DNA of 35,697 nucleotides from an uncultured bacterium (GTDB lineage Bacteria; Bacillota_I; Bacilli_A; RF39; UBA660): NCBI GenBank assembly GCA_949291575.1, contig CASEWH010000014.1, positions 1 to 35,697 of the forward strand, read 5' to 3'. Shown piece by piece: positions 26,885 to 35,697 of this stretch (position 1 is its first letter; each line of letters starts with the position of its first letter). The notes under the pieces were generated by a model. It saw only the letters and a program-made list of their open reading frames with translations, ran no database searches and was not told where the DNA came from. The position numbers and the translations under genes were made by a program.

Positions 26885-27393
26885 TATCCTAAAATCTCCT
26901 CTACACTTTTACCACGAAGTTTTGCAACCTCTTCTGGTGTTTTAATACTCTTAAGACCATTTATAGCAGCATTTGCCATATTTAGTTTAGTTCTAGCTCC
27001 AAGAGATTTTGATACAACATCACGAATTCCAGCTAGTTCAAGGACAGCTCTTACACTACCTCCAGCAATGATACCAGTACCTTCTTTAGCTGGTTTTAAC
27101 ATTACTCTAGCAGCTCCACTTACTCCTATTACTTCATGAGCAATAGTTCTTCCATCAATTAATTCTATAGTAATCATATTCTTATTAGCATTGCTTATTG
27201 CTTTCTTAATAGCATCTGGTACTTCAAAAGCTTTTCCTGTACCGATACCAACATGTCCTTTACGATCTCCAACAACAACAACTGCTGAAAAACGACGTTG
27301 ACGTCCACCTTTTGTAACTTTAACTACACTTTTAAGTTGAACGACTAGTTCTTCAGTTTGTTTTTCTTTGGCATCGTTTGTTTGTTTTTGCAT
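26884..27393 (-). CDS. rpsE: 30S ribosomal protein S5
   Basis: KVTKGGR..FSA.VVVGD and GTGIIAGG motifs. Confidence 0.98.
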
Positions 27394-27404
27394 ATTTACC
27401 CTCC

Positions 27405-27767
27405 TTAGAACTCTAGTCCATTTTCACGTGCAGCATCTGCTAATGCTTTAACACGTCCATGATAAAGATATCCACCTCTATCAAATACTACTTTTTTAAT
27501 GCCAGCTTCACTACATTTTTTAGCGATACTAACACCTACAGCAGTAGCTGCTTCAATGTTTGATTTATTCTTTAAATTTAAATCTTTATCTCTAGAAGAA
27601 GCAGATACTAAAGTAGTAGAACTCTCATCATCGATAACTTGTGCATAAATTGCAGTGTTTGATCTAAATACATTTAGTCTTGGAATCTCACTTGTTCCAC
27701 ATAAATGAGTTCTAATTCTAGCATGACGTACCCCGCGCATGCTATTTCTTGACTTTTTATTAATCAT
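27405..27767 (-). CDS. rplR: 50S ribosomal protein L18
   Basis: PRLNVFRSN and [12 protein letters not shown] motifs. Confidence 0.98.
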   Translation of the reverse strand: MINKKSRNSMRGVRHARIRTHLCGTSEIPRLNVFRSNTAIYAQVIDDESSTTLVSASSRDKDLNLKNKSNIEAATAVGVSIAKKCSEAGIKKVVFDRGGYLYHGRVKALADAARENGLEF

Positions 27768-27790
27768 ATATTTCTCTCCTTCCTACTAGC

Positions 27791-28321
27791 TTAAGCAGCT
27801 TTCTTTCCTTCTTTACGTCTAATATGTTCATCTTTATAGCGAATACCTTTACCTTTATATGGTTCAGGGCGACGTACTTTTCTTACGTTGGCAGCAAATT
27901 CACCAACTAAGGCTTTATCAATACCTTTAACTGTTATTTCTGTATTAGATGATGCTTCTACAGTAAGCCCTTCAGGTATAGTCATTTCTACAGGATGAGA
28001 ATACCCAGCATTGATAGTTAATTTTTTACCACTTACATTGAAACGATATCCAACACCTACTATTTCTAGTCCCTTCTCATATCCTTTAGTTACACCTGTA
28101 ATCATATTTTGAAGAAGTGCATTCATTGTTCCATGCATTGCTTTTACTGCATCGCTTACTCTTGTTAATGTTATTTCATTATCTTTTTGTTCCATTGAAA
28201 TACCTTTCAACATCTTTTGGCTCAAGCTTCCCTTTGGGCCAGTAACTGTTACGATTCCGTTGTCTTCAGTAACTGTTACTCCTGTGGGAACTTCAATTTT
28301 ACGATTTCCAATACGGCTCAT
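27791..28321 (-). CDS. rplF: 50S ribosomal protein L6
   Basis: MSRIG and PEPYKGKGIRY motifs. Confidence 0.98.
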   Translation of the reverse strand: MSRIGNRKIEVPTGVTVTEDNGIVTVTGPKGSLSQKMLKGISMEQKDNEITLTRVSDAVKAMHGTMNALLQNMITGVTKGYEKGLEIVGVGYRFNVSGKKLTINAGYSHPVEMTIPEGLTVEASSNTEITVKGIDKALVGEFAANVRKVRRPEPYKGKGIRYKDEHIRRKEGKKAA

Positions 28322-28336
28322 TCAAAACACCTCCTT

Positions 28337-28738
28337 TTACCAAACATAAGCTAAGACTTCGCCACCAAGTTTTTGTCTTCTTGCTTCTTTATCTGTCATA
28401 ATTCCCTTAGATGTAGAAACTATTGCAATTCCTAGTCCATTTAATACTACTGGAATTTCATCAGTTTTAGCATATACTCTAAGTCCTGGTTTAGAAATTC
28501 TCTTTAAGCCTGTTATTACTCTTTCTTTGTTTTCACCATATTTTAATGTTAGAACGATTGTACCTTGTACATCATTTTTTTCTAACTTGTAATCTTTAAT
28601 AAATCCTTCTTCTTTTAAAATTCTTGCTATTTCTAATTTTAATTTTGATGAAGGAACTTTTACTTCTTCATAACGCATAGCGTTAGCATTACGAATACGA
28701 GTTAACATATCTGCAATTGTATCTGTAACTACAGCCAT
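28337..28738 (-). CDS. rpsH: 30S ribosomal protein S8
   Basis: [12 protein letters not shown] and SKPGLRVY. Start is ATG28738 after AGGAGG. Confidence 0.97.
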   Translation of the reverse strand: MAVVTDTIADMLTRIRNANAMRYEEVKVPSSKLKLEIARILKEEGFIKDYKLEKNDVQGTIVLTLKYGENKERVITGLKRISKPGLRVYAKTDEIPVVLNGLGIAIVSTSKGIMTDKEARRQKLGGEVLAYVW

Positions 28739-28754
28739 CTTTTTTCCTCCTTTT

Positions 28755-28940
28755 CTACCAGCTTGATTTTTTAACGCCTGGTATTTGTCCTTTATAAGCC
28801 AATTCACGGAAGCAAATACGGCAGATTCCAAATTTACTCATAACTGCATGTGGTCTGCCACAACGTGAACAACGTGTATATTCACGTACTTTGTATTTTG
28901 GCTTTCTACTTTGTTTTACAACCATACTTTTTCTTGCCAT
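28755..28940 (-). CDS. rpsN: 30S ribosomal protein S14 (short Zn-binding type Z)
   Basis: [16 protein letters not shown], 61 aa. Confidence 0.97.
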   Translation of the reverse strand: MARKSMVVKQSRKPKYKVREYTRCSRCGRPHAVMSKFGICRICFRELAYKGQIPGVKKSSW

Positions 28941-28953
28941 CTTTTACCCTCCA

Positions 28954-29490
28954 TTACTTTCTAAAAGGAATTCCTAAACCTTTTAATAAGTCATAAGCTT
29001 CTTCATTAGTTTTAGCAGTTGTTACGAATATAATATCCATACCACGTACTTTTACTATTTCATCATAGTTTATTTCACTAAAGATTAATTGTTCTTTAAT
29101 ACCTAATGTATAGTTACCACGACCATCGAAAGATTTTGGATTAACTCCTCTAAAATCACGAACTTGTGGAAGTGAGATAGAAATTAGTTTATCAACAAAG
29201 TTATACATGTTATCACTTCTAAGTGTTACTTTACAACCTATCTTTTGTCCTTCTCTAATCTTGAAACCAGCGATTGATTTCTTTGCTTTTGTAACTACTG
29301 GTTTTTGTCCTGAGATTTTTTCAAGGTCTGAAAGCGCAGCATCTAATAGTTTAGAATTTGTAGTAGCATCTCCAACACCCATATTGATAACAACTTTTTC
29401 TAGTTTTGGTACTTCCATTATTGATTTATAACCATATTTACTCATAAGAGCTGGAACTACTTCTTTATTATACTTTTCTTTTAATGTCAT
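28954..29490 (-). CDS. rplE: 50S ribosomal protein L5
   Basis: KVVINMGVG and FDGRGNY motifs. Confidence 0.98.
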   Translation of the reverse strand: MTLKEKYNKEVVPALMSKYGYKSIMEVPKLEKVVINMGVGDATTNSKLLDAALSDLEKISGQKPVVTKAKKSIAGFKIREGQKIGCKVTLRSDNMYNFVDKLISISLPQVRDFRGVNPKSFDGRGNYTLGIKEQLIFSEINYDEIVKVRGMDIIFVTTAKTNEEAYDLLKGLGIPFRK

Positions 29491-29508
29491 TTATGTAACC
29501 TCCTTCCA

Positions 29509-29817
29509 CTAATCTAGTACTTCTTTAGATTTTGTACTTATTCTTACTTTTTTTCCATTTTTGTCTGTTGTATGTCCGATTCTTGTGCCTTTTTTAGTCT
29601 TAGGATCAATTATCATTACATTAGAGGCATCAATAGGTGCTTCTATTTCAAGAATTCCACCTGAGTTATTTCCTGTAGGTTTTTGATGTTTCTTAACAAT
29701 ATGTACTCCTTCTACAATAACTTTATTTTCGCTTCTAAGTGTTTTGATGATTTTTCCTTCTTTACCTTTATCAGCACCACTTATAACAACGACTTTATCT
29801 CCAACTTTTAACTTCAT
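29509..29817 (-). CDS. rplX: 50S ribosomal protein L24
   Basis: KOW motif GDKVVVISGADKGKEG. Confidence 0.98.
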   Translation of the reverse strand: MKLKVGDKVVVISGADKGKEGKIIKTLRSENKVIVEGVHIVKKHQKPTGNNSGGILEIEAPIDASNVMIIDPKTKKGTRIGHTTDKNGKKVRISTKSKEVLD

Positions 29818-29828
29818 AACTTTCCTCC

Positions 29829-30197
29829 TTATAGTACTTCTTTCGCAAGACTTACTATCTTCATATAGTCTTTATCACGAAGTTCACGTGCTACTGGACC
29901 AAAGACACGAGTTCCGACTGGACTTTTATCATCTCTAATGATTACACATGCGTTATCATCAAATTTGATATAACTACCATCTTCACGTCTTACTCCTCTT
30001 TTGCTTCTTACGATTACAGCTTTTACAACTTTACCTTTAGGAAGTGGTGAATTTGGTATAGCATTTTTAACGGTTCCAACAACTACATCTCCGATATTTC
30101 CAGTTTTAACATGACTTCCTCCTAGCACTCTGATTACTAATAATTCACGTGCTCCTGAGTTGTCTGCAACTTTTAATCTACTTTCTTGTTGTAACAT
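29829..30197 (-). CDS. rplN: 50S ribosomal protein L14
   Basis: VADNSGA, FDDNA and [12 protein letters not shown] motifs. Confidence 0.98.
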   Translation of the reverse strand: MLQQESRLKVADNSGARELLVIRVLGGSHVKTGNIGDVVVGTVKNAIPNSPLPKGKVVKAVIVRSKRGVRREDGSYIKFDDNACVIIRDDKSPVGTRVFGPVARELRDKDYMKIVSLAKEVL

Positions 30198-30222
30198 AGA
30201 TTATCCTCCTTTACCTTAAGAG

Positions 30223-30483
30223 TTATAGAATAACTGCTTCTTTTACGATTTCTTTTAAGTAGAAATGTTTAGTCTTAGAAATTGGTTTTGTTTCAACGAT
30301 TCTAACTACATCTCCTACTTTTGCTTTATTTGTTTCATCGTGTACACTGTATTTTTTAGATGATTTAACTCTTTTGTGATATTTTGGGTGCATTTTATGT
30401 GTTTCTACTAAAACTGTAATAGTTTTATTGTTTTTTGTACTAACAACTTTACCAACTACTTCATGTGTCATTTTCTTTTCCAT
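30223..30483 (-). CDS. rpsQ: 30S ribosomal protein S17
   Basis: G.VVS.K..KTI.V, HP.Y.K and ETKPISKTK motifs. Confidence 0.97.
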   Translation of the reverse strand: MEKKMTHEVVGKVVSTKNNKTITVLVETHKMHPKYHKRVKSSKKYSVHDETNKAKVGDVVRIVETKPISKTKHFYLKEIVKEAVIL

Positions 30484-30493
30484 AACTTACCTC

Positions 30494-30697
30494 CTAATCA
30501 ACCTTTTCTTCTTTCTCGCGTTCTTTTAAAACGGTTTTTAGTCTTGCTACTTGGTGTCTTAATTCTCTAAGGCGTGAAGGTTTTTCTAGGTTACCCATTG
30601 CTCCACTAAATCTTAAGTTGAATAGTTCTTCTTTAGATTCTTTAAGTTTTGCATTGATCTCTTCGTTTGATAATTCTCTAATTTCTTTAACCTTCAT
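30494..30697 (-). CDS. rpmC: 50S ribosomal protein L29
   Basis: [19 protein letters not shown]. Start is ATG30697 after GGAGG. Confidence 0.95.
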   Translation of the reverse strand: MKVKEIRELSNEEINAKLKESKEELFNLRFSGAMGNLEKPSRLRELRHQVARLKTVLKEREKEEKVD

Positions 30698-31127
30698 TAG
30701 TAACACCTCCTGCTACTTTATCTTCTTTCTTTACAAATTTGCAAGTTATTGGTAATTTATGGCTTGCTAGTCTTAATGCTTCACGAGCTACTTCTTCAGA
30801 AACACCTGCTACTTCAAACATGATTTTTCCTTCTTTAACTACTGCTACCCATTCTTCAACATTACCTTTACCTTTACCTTGACGAGTACCGATAGGTTTT
30901 TTAGTTAGTGGCATGTGTGGGAATATGTTTATCCATACTTTACCACCACGTTTCATATAACGAGTCATGGCAACACGAGCTGCTTCGATTTGATTTGCTG
31001 TGATCCATGCTCCTTCTTTAGCTTGTAATCCATACTCACCAAAGTGTAACTCACGATTACCTCTTGATTTGCCTTCGTAAGGTAATCTGTGAACACGACG
31101 ATATTTAGTTCTTGATGGTATTAACAC
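30687..31127 (-). CDS. rplP: 50S ribosomal protein L16
   Basis: [11 protein letters not shown] and GKGKG motifs; GTG start. Confidence 0.97.
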   Translation of the reverse strand: MLIPSRTKYRRVHRLPYEGKSRGNRELHFGEYGLQAKEGAWITANQIEAARVAMTRYMKRGGKVWINIFPHMPLTKKPIGTRQGKGKGNVEEWVAVVKEGKIMFEVAGVSEEVAREALRLASHKLPITCKFVKKEDKVAGGVTNEG

Positions 31128-31128
31128 T

Positions 31129-31821
31129 CTAATTACCTCCTTTAGCTTTTCTTTCTTTACTTTCTTTAGTATCTTTACTTACTTTATTCTTTGATGGTAG
31201 GATTTCGCCTTTGTAAATCCATACTTTTACACCAATTTTACCATATGTTGTATCTGCTTCACTTGTAGCATAATCAACATCTGCTCTTAATGTATGTAGT
31301 GGGATAGTTCCTTCTGTATATCCTTCACTACGAGCCATATCAGCACCACCTAAACGTCCTGATACTTTTGTTTTGATACCTTTAGCTCCTGCTTTCATTG
31401 CATTTCTAATTGCACGTTTTTGAGCCATTCTAAATGATGCTCTATTTGTAATTTGACTTGCAATTGAATCTGCAACTAATTGTGCATTAAGGTCTGCTTT
31501 CTTAATATCAACGATTGATATATTAATGTTTTCACCAACGACTTTTGATAGTTTATCCTTAAGTTTTGTAATTTCTTCTCCACCACGACCGATGATAACA
31601 CCTGGACGTGATGTATGGATAGAAACTTCACATTTCTTTGGAGTTCTTTCTATTTCGACTTTGGCAATTCCTGCATTTTTAAGATTTTTTTCAAGGTATT
31701 CTCTAATTTTAATATCATTTACTAATGTTTTAGATACTTCACCTTTAGGAGCATACCATTTAGCTTCCCAATCTTTGTTGATGCCAAGTCTTAGTCCGTT
31801 TGGATTAACTTTTTGTCCCAT
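31129..31821 (-). CDS. rpsC: 30S ribosomal protein S3
   Basis: [18 protein letters not shown] and PLHTLRA motifs. Confidence 0.98.
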   Translation of the reverse strand: MGQKVNPNGLRLGINKDWEAKWYAPKGEVSKTLVNDIKIREYLEKNLKNAGIAKVEIERTPKKCEVSIHTSRPGVIIGRGGEEITKLKDKLSKVVGENINISIVDIKKADLNAQLVADSIASQITNRASFRMAQKRAIRNAMKAGAKGIKTKVSGRLGGADMARSEGYTEGTIPLHTLRADVDYATSEADTTYGKIGVKVWIYKGEILPSKNKVSKDTKESKERKAKGGN

Positions 31822-31836
31822 TATAGTTCCTCCTTA

Positions 31837-32169
31837 TTATTTTGCAGCCACTACAATAACTATGTGACTTGTTCTTTTATCATTATGTCCGATGCGTCCA
31901 CGTGAATCGAATAATACTCTTTTCATTACTGGACCAGCATCTACACGTGCTTCCTTTACATATAAATCGTCAGCTTCCATACCGTTATTATTAACGGCAT
32001 TTGCTACTGCTGAATTTAAGACTTTCTTAGTAAGGCGAGCCGCTTTTTTATTTGTATTTTCTAATATTGCTAGAGCATCACTTACTTTTTTACCACGAAT
32101 AGTATCAATTACTAAACGAGCTTTGATAGGTGATATTCTTTGCATTTTAGCGATTGCTTTTGCTTCCAT
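31837..32169 (-). CDS. rplV: 50S ribosomal protein L22
   Basis: RISP.KARLV, SAVANA and KRTSHI motifs. Confidence 0.97.
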   Translation of the reverse strand: MEAKAIAKMQRISPIKARLVIDTIRGKKVSDALAILENTNKKAARLTKKVLNSAVANAVNNNGMEADDLYVKEARVDAGPVMKRVLFDSRGRIGHNDKRTSHIVIVVAAK

Positions 32170-32191
32170 TTTTAACTCCTCCTAGTCTTTA

Positions 32192-32458
32192 TTATTTTTT
32201 GTCAGAGCCATGTCCACCATTTTTACGAGTTAAAGCAAATTCTCCTAATTTGTGTCCAACCATATCTTCAGTAACATAAACAGGGATAAATTCTTTACCG
32301 TTATGAACTGCAAAGGTGTGGCCGATAAATTCAGGAAAGATAGTAGAACGGCGTGACCAAGTTTTAATTACTTCTTTTTTTCCAGTTTCATTTAATTTTT
32401 GAACCTTTTTTAATAGTCTTGGAAATACATAAGGTCCTTTTTTTAAACTTCTAGCCAT
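32192..32458 (-). CDS. rpsS: 30S ribosomal protein S19
   Basis: RSLKKGP, KTWSRRS and MVGHKLGEF motifs. Confidence 0.98.
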   Translation of the reverse strand: MARSLKKGPYVFPRLLKKVQKLNETGKKEVIKTWSRRSTIFPEFIGHTFAVHNGKEFIPVYVTEDMVGHKLGEFALTRKNGGHGSDKK

Positions 32459-32469
32459 ATTTTATCCTC

Positions 32470-33300
32470 CTATTTACTATTACGACGACGTACAATAAAT
32501 TTGTCTGTCTTTTTATTATTTCTTGTTTTATATCCAAGAGCAGGTTTACCCCATGGAGTAAGAGGTGCCTTACGTCCAACTGGAGCACGTCCTTCACCAC
32601 CACCGTGTGGATGGTCATTAGGGTTCATAACAGAACCACGAACTGTTGGGCGAATTCCCATATGACGTTTACGTCCTGCTTTACCAAGTTTAACTAAGCT
32701 AGCATCTTCGTTACCAACAACACCAACTGTAGCCATACAAGTACCAAGTACTTTTCTTTGTTCTCCACTTGATAATCTAATCATTACATATTTTCCTTCA
32801 CGTCCAAGGATTTGAGCAGATGTTCCAGCACTTCTTGCTAGAGCTGCTCCTTTACCTGGGCGAAGTTCAATGTTATGAATAACAGTACCTACTGGAATAT
32901 TCATAATAGGAAGAGCATTTCCTACTTTGATATCTACGTTTTCACCGCTTATTACTTTGTCTCCTACTTTTAAGTTCTTAGGAGCGATGATGTATCTCTT
33001 TTCTCCATCCATATAGTTGATTAATGCAATGTTTGCTGTTCTATTTGGATCGTATTCTATGCTTGCTACAACACCAGCGATATCTTTCTTATCTCTTTTG
33101 AAATCGATAAGACGATATTTTCTTTTAACTCCGCCACCTTGATGACGAACAGTTATTTTTCCTTGATTGTTACGTCCAGAGTTTTTCTTAAGTGTTACTG
33201 TTAAGCTTTTCTCTGGAGTAGATTTAGTAATCTCTTCGTTTGTTAGAGTACTCATTCCTCTACGTCCTGGTGTAGTAGGTTTATAATTTCTTATTGCCAT
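32470..33300 (-). CDS. rplB: 50S ribosomal protein L2
   Basis: [18 protein letters not shown] and [13 protein letters not shown] motifs. Confidence 0.99.
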   Translation of the reverse strand: MAIRNYKPTTPGRRGMSTLTNEEITKSTPEKSLTVTLKKNSGRNNQGKITVRHQGGGVKRKYRLIDFKRDKKDIAGVVASIEYDPNRTANIALINYMDGEKRYIIAPKNLKVGDKVISGENVDIKVGNALPIMNIPVGTVIHNIELRPGKGAALARSAGTSAQILGREGKYVMIRLSSGEQRKVLGTCMATVGVVGNEDASLVKLGKAGRKRHMGIRPTVRGSVMNPNDHPHGGGEGRAPVGRKAPLTPWGKPALGYKTRNNKKTDKFIVRRRNSK

Positions 33301-33316
33301 ATTTTAGTTCCTCCTT

Positions 33317-33598
33317 CTAACCAAGATCAATTTGTTCACCATCTCTTAGAGTTACAATAGCTTTCTTATATCTATTTGTAAGTCCAGTATAGCGACCAAC
33401 TCTTCTTTTTTTAGGTTTAACATTTAATGTTCTTATTTCTTTTACATGTACTTTAAAGATTTTTTCAATAGCTTGTTTAATTTCAATTTTATTAGCTTTA
33501 GAAGAAACCTTAAATACATATTGATTCTTCTCTCCTAGAGAACCACTTTTTTCAGTGATAACAGGAGCTTTGATTATTTCTAAGTATTTAGTATCCAT
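33317..33598 (-). CDS. rplW: 50S ribosomal protein L23
   Basis: PVITEKS, ANK.EIK.AIE and KKAIVTL motifs. Confidence 0.97.
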   Translation of the reverse strand: MDTKYLEIIKAPVITEKSGSLGEKNQYVFKVSSKANKIEIKQAIEKIFKVHVKEIRTLNVKPKKRRVGRYTGLTNRYKKAIVTLRDGEQIDLG

Positions 33599-34224
33599 TA
33601 TTTAAGAGCCTCCTCTATCTTTTTAATAGCTTCACTAGTAAAGACTACGACATCAGAGTTAACTAAGTCTAATACATTTAATTCATTAGCTGCTATTAAG
33701 GCAACACTAGGAATATTTCTAGATGCTAATATTACATTTTCTGTGAAGTCTTCTACTACGAATAGTACTTTTTTATCAGCTATTTTTAATGTATTTAATA
33801 ATGTAATCATTTCTTTTGTTTTTGGAGTAGTAAATGATAACTCTTCCATAACGATTACTTCATTATCATTAAACTTATGACTTAAAGCACTCTTTAATGC
33901 TAATCTTCTTTCTTTACGATTTTGTTTCTTACTGTAATCTCTTGGTACTGGAGTTCCATATCTTCCTCCACCTACCCATTGTACAGCTCTAATTGAACCT
34001 TGACGTGCATGTCCAGTTCCTTTTTGTCTCCAAGGTTTACGTCCTCCACCGCTAACTTCTGAACGGTTTTTAGTAGAGTGTGTTCCTTGTCTTAATGATG
34101 CTCTTGCTAAAATAATTGCATCATATAATACTTTATCATTTGGGGTAATAGAAAATATTTCTTCATTTAATTTTAATTCATTTACTTTTTCACCTTTAAG
34201 ATTTAAAAGATCTATCTTTTTCAT
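33598..34224 (-). CDS. rplD: 50S ribosomal protein L4
   Basis: RSEVSGGGRKPWRQKGTG.AR.GS. Start is ATG34224 after AGGAGG. Confidence 0.97.
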   Translation of the reverse strand: MKKIDLLNLKGEKVNELKLNEEIFSITPNDKVLYDAIILARASLRQGTHSTKNRSEVSGGGRKPWRQKGTGHARQGSIRAVQWVGGGRYGTPVPRDYSKKQNRKERRLALKSALSHKFNDNEVIVMEELSFTTPKTKEMITLLNTLKIADKKVLFVVEDFTENVILASRNIPSVALIAANELNVLDLVNSDVVVFTSEAIKKIEEALK

Positions 34225-34277
34225 ACTTTTTCCTCCTTTCACTACATAACATAATTTTATTTAAACTGTAGTGATGA

Positions 34278-35051
34278 TTATTCGTTTGTTGTTTCTGTTG
34301 ACTCAGTAGTTGCAGCTTCTACTACTTCTTCAGTATTAGTATTTTCTTCTACTTCAGTAGTAACTTCAGCTTCTTTCATCTCTTCATAAGTGATTAAGTC
34401 TTTAGCAGTATTTTTCTTACCTGGCTTCTTAACAGCTGTTTTAATTACTACTAGCCCTTCTTTTGGTCCAGGCACATTACCTTTAATTAAAATTACATTA
34501 TTTTCTAAGTCTACTGCTACTACTTCTAAGTTTTGAACAGTAGAGTTTACATTACCCATTTGTCCTGGTAATTTCTTACCTTTTAATACGTGCATTGGTC
34601 TCATTGTTCCAAGAGATCCTACTCCACGATGATATTGTGAACCATGTCCCATAGGTCCACGGCTCCCGTTGTGACGTTTAATTACACCTTGGAAACCTTT
34701 TCCTTTGCTAACTCCACTAACGTCTACAATTTCACCAGCAACAAACGTGCTAGCATCTAATACTTGTCCTAAAGTGTAATCAGCTACATTTACGCCTTTT
34801 ATTTCTCTTAAGAAGCGCTTAGGTTCAGTATTAGCTTTAGTGGTATGACCCATCTTTGGTTTGTTACTTAGTTTTTCTCTAACTGTTTTATAACCTAATT
34901 GAATTGCTTCATAACCATCTGTTTCATTAGTTTTGATTTGTGTAACAACATTAGGTTCAACTTCTACAACAGTTACAGGAATAAGCTTACCATCAGTAGT
35001 GAATACTTGAGTCATTCCTTTTTTTGTACCTAAGATTCCTTTCATTTTCAT
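34278..35051 (-). CDS. rplC: 50S ribosomal protein L3 with an acidic C-terminal extension
   Basis: [14 protein letters not shown] and KGNVPG motifs; about 45 extra C-terminal residues. Confidence 0.97.
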   Translation of the reverse strand: MKMKGILGTKKGMTQVFTTDGKLIPVTVVEVEPNVVTQIKTNETDGYEAIQLGYKTVREKLSNKPKMGHTTKANTEPKRFLREIKGVNVADYTLGQVLDASTFVAGEIVDVSGVSKGKGFQGVIKRHNGSRGPMGHGSQYHRGVGSLGTMRPMHVLKGKKLPGQMGNVNSTVQNLEVVAVDLENNVILIKGNVPGPKEGLVVIKTAVKKPGKKNTAKDLITYEEMKEAEVTTEVEENTNTEEVVEAATTESTETTNE

Positions 35052-35062
35052 TTCCTCCTATT

Positions 35063-35374
35063 TTAGATTGTTTTGATTTTGATATCGACACCACTTGGTA
35101 AATCAAGATGTGCTAATGCATCAATCGTTTCTTTACTTGGGCTTTTAATGTCAATTAATCTCTTGTGTGTTCTTCTTTCGAATTGTTCACGACTATCTTT
35201 ATATTTGTGAACAGCTCTTAAAATTGTGAATTTCTCAATTTCTGTTGGTAGAGGTACAGGTCCAACTATATCTCCTCCAGTTCTTTTGATTGTTTCAACA
35301 ATTTTAGTTACAGCATTGTCAAGTATCTTATGATCATATGCTTTTAACTTAATACGAATCTTTTGTGTTGACAC
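35063..35374 (-). CDS. rpsJ: 30S ribosomal protein S10
   Basis: [17 protein letters not shown] and REQFE.RTHKR motifs; GTG start. Confidence 0.98.
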   Translation of the reverse strand: MSTQKIRIKLKAYDHKILDNAVTKIVETIKRTGGDIVGPVPLPTEIEKFTILRAVHKYKDSREQFERRTHKRLIDIKSPSKETIDALAHLDLPSGVDIKIKTI

Positions 35375-35528
35375 TATTTACGTCCTCCCTTCGCCTATAT
35401 CTAGTATAGACTTGCTCCGTGTGAATAACCCGATAGCTGATTAACAACTTAACCTGGCGTATCGACAACCTCCCACATCTAAGCAGTCACACGTAATTAA
35501 TATTATCATAGAAATCCTTGAAATACAA
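35375..35528 (-). promoter_or_regulatory. S10 operon promoter and structured 5' leader
   Basis: TTGTAT(35528-35523)-17-TAATAT(35505-35500). The leader contains GATGTGGGAGGTTG..CACGGAG..GTCTAT/ATAGGC-GAAGGGAGG, reminiscent of Bacilli rpsJ leaders. Confidence 0.7.
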
Positions 35529-35697
35529 GCATTTTTTGAAAGTTTTTATATAATTTTGTGATTTTTCAGTAAATATTTGACTTAATTATGTAGTTAATTT
35601 TCAGAGAAAATTTTACATCATATTATCATAATACTAAAAACATATTATAGTCATTTTTCAGTGATTATTTTACATTATTCATGTTGCGTTATTTCAA

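Noticed and set aside
12772-32185. ORFs 12772-13146, 17349-17705, 20371-20568, 23366-23563, 26635-26823, 29207-29431, 29744-29938, 31526-31867 and 31892-32185
   Set aside because: They overlap conserved housekeeping genes or better-supported ORFs and have no independent signals.

Overview
AT-rich Bacilli-type chromosome segment using genetic code 11 (TGA is a stop, Trp is TGG). Gene style suggests an uncultured RF39-like Bacilli lineage, which is an inference. The right part (21294-35374) is a complete S10-spc-alpha ribosomal superoperon that lacks rpmD and has an acidic tail on L3. The left part holds a cell-wall locus (four FemABX paralogues, a MurJ/YtgP-like flippase, a nucleotidyltransferase, a HIT protein and an S66 peptidase), an AAA_14/DUF4143 ATPase, T-box-regulated pheST and leuS, two sporulation-type small genes and several ORFans. 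Three things stand out. (1) An unannotated, duplicated promoter plus structured sRNA element (11101-11251 and 16075-16200). Copy 1 converges on a 27-aa membrane peptide whose SD is sequestered, the layout of a type I toxin-antitoxin system. Copy 2 faces a decayed version of that peptide gene. (2) The two copies bracket a pheST pair whose PheS amino-acid pocket is strongly non-canonical. (3) A stand-alone ~105-nt structured ncRNA candidate lies after rplQ. All family assignments come from motif recognition by eye, not from database searches.
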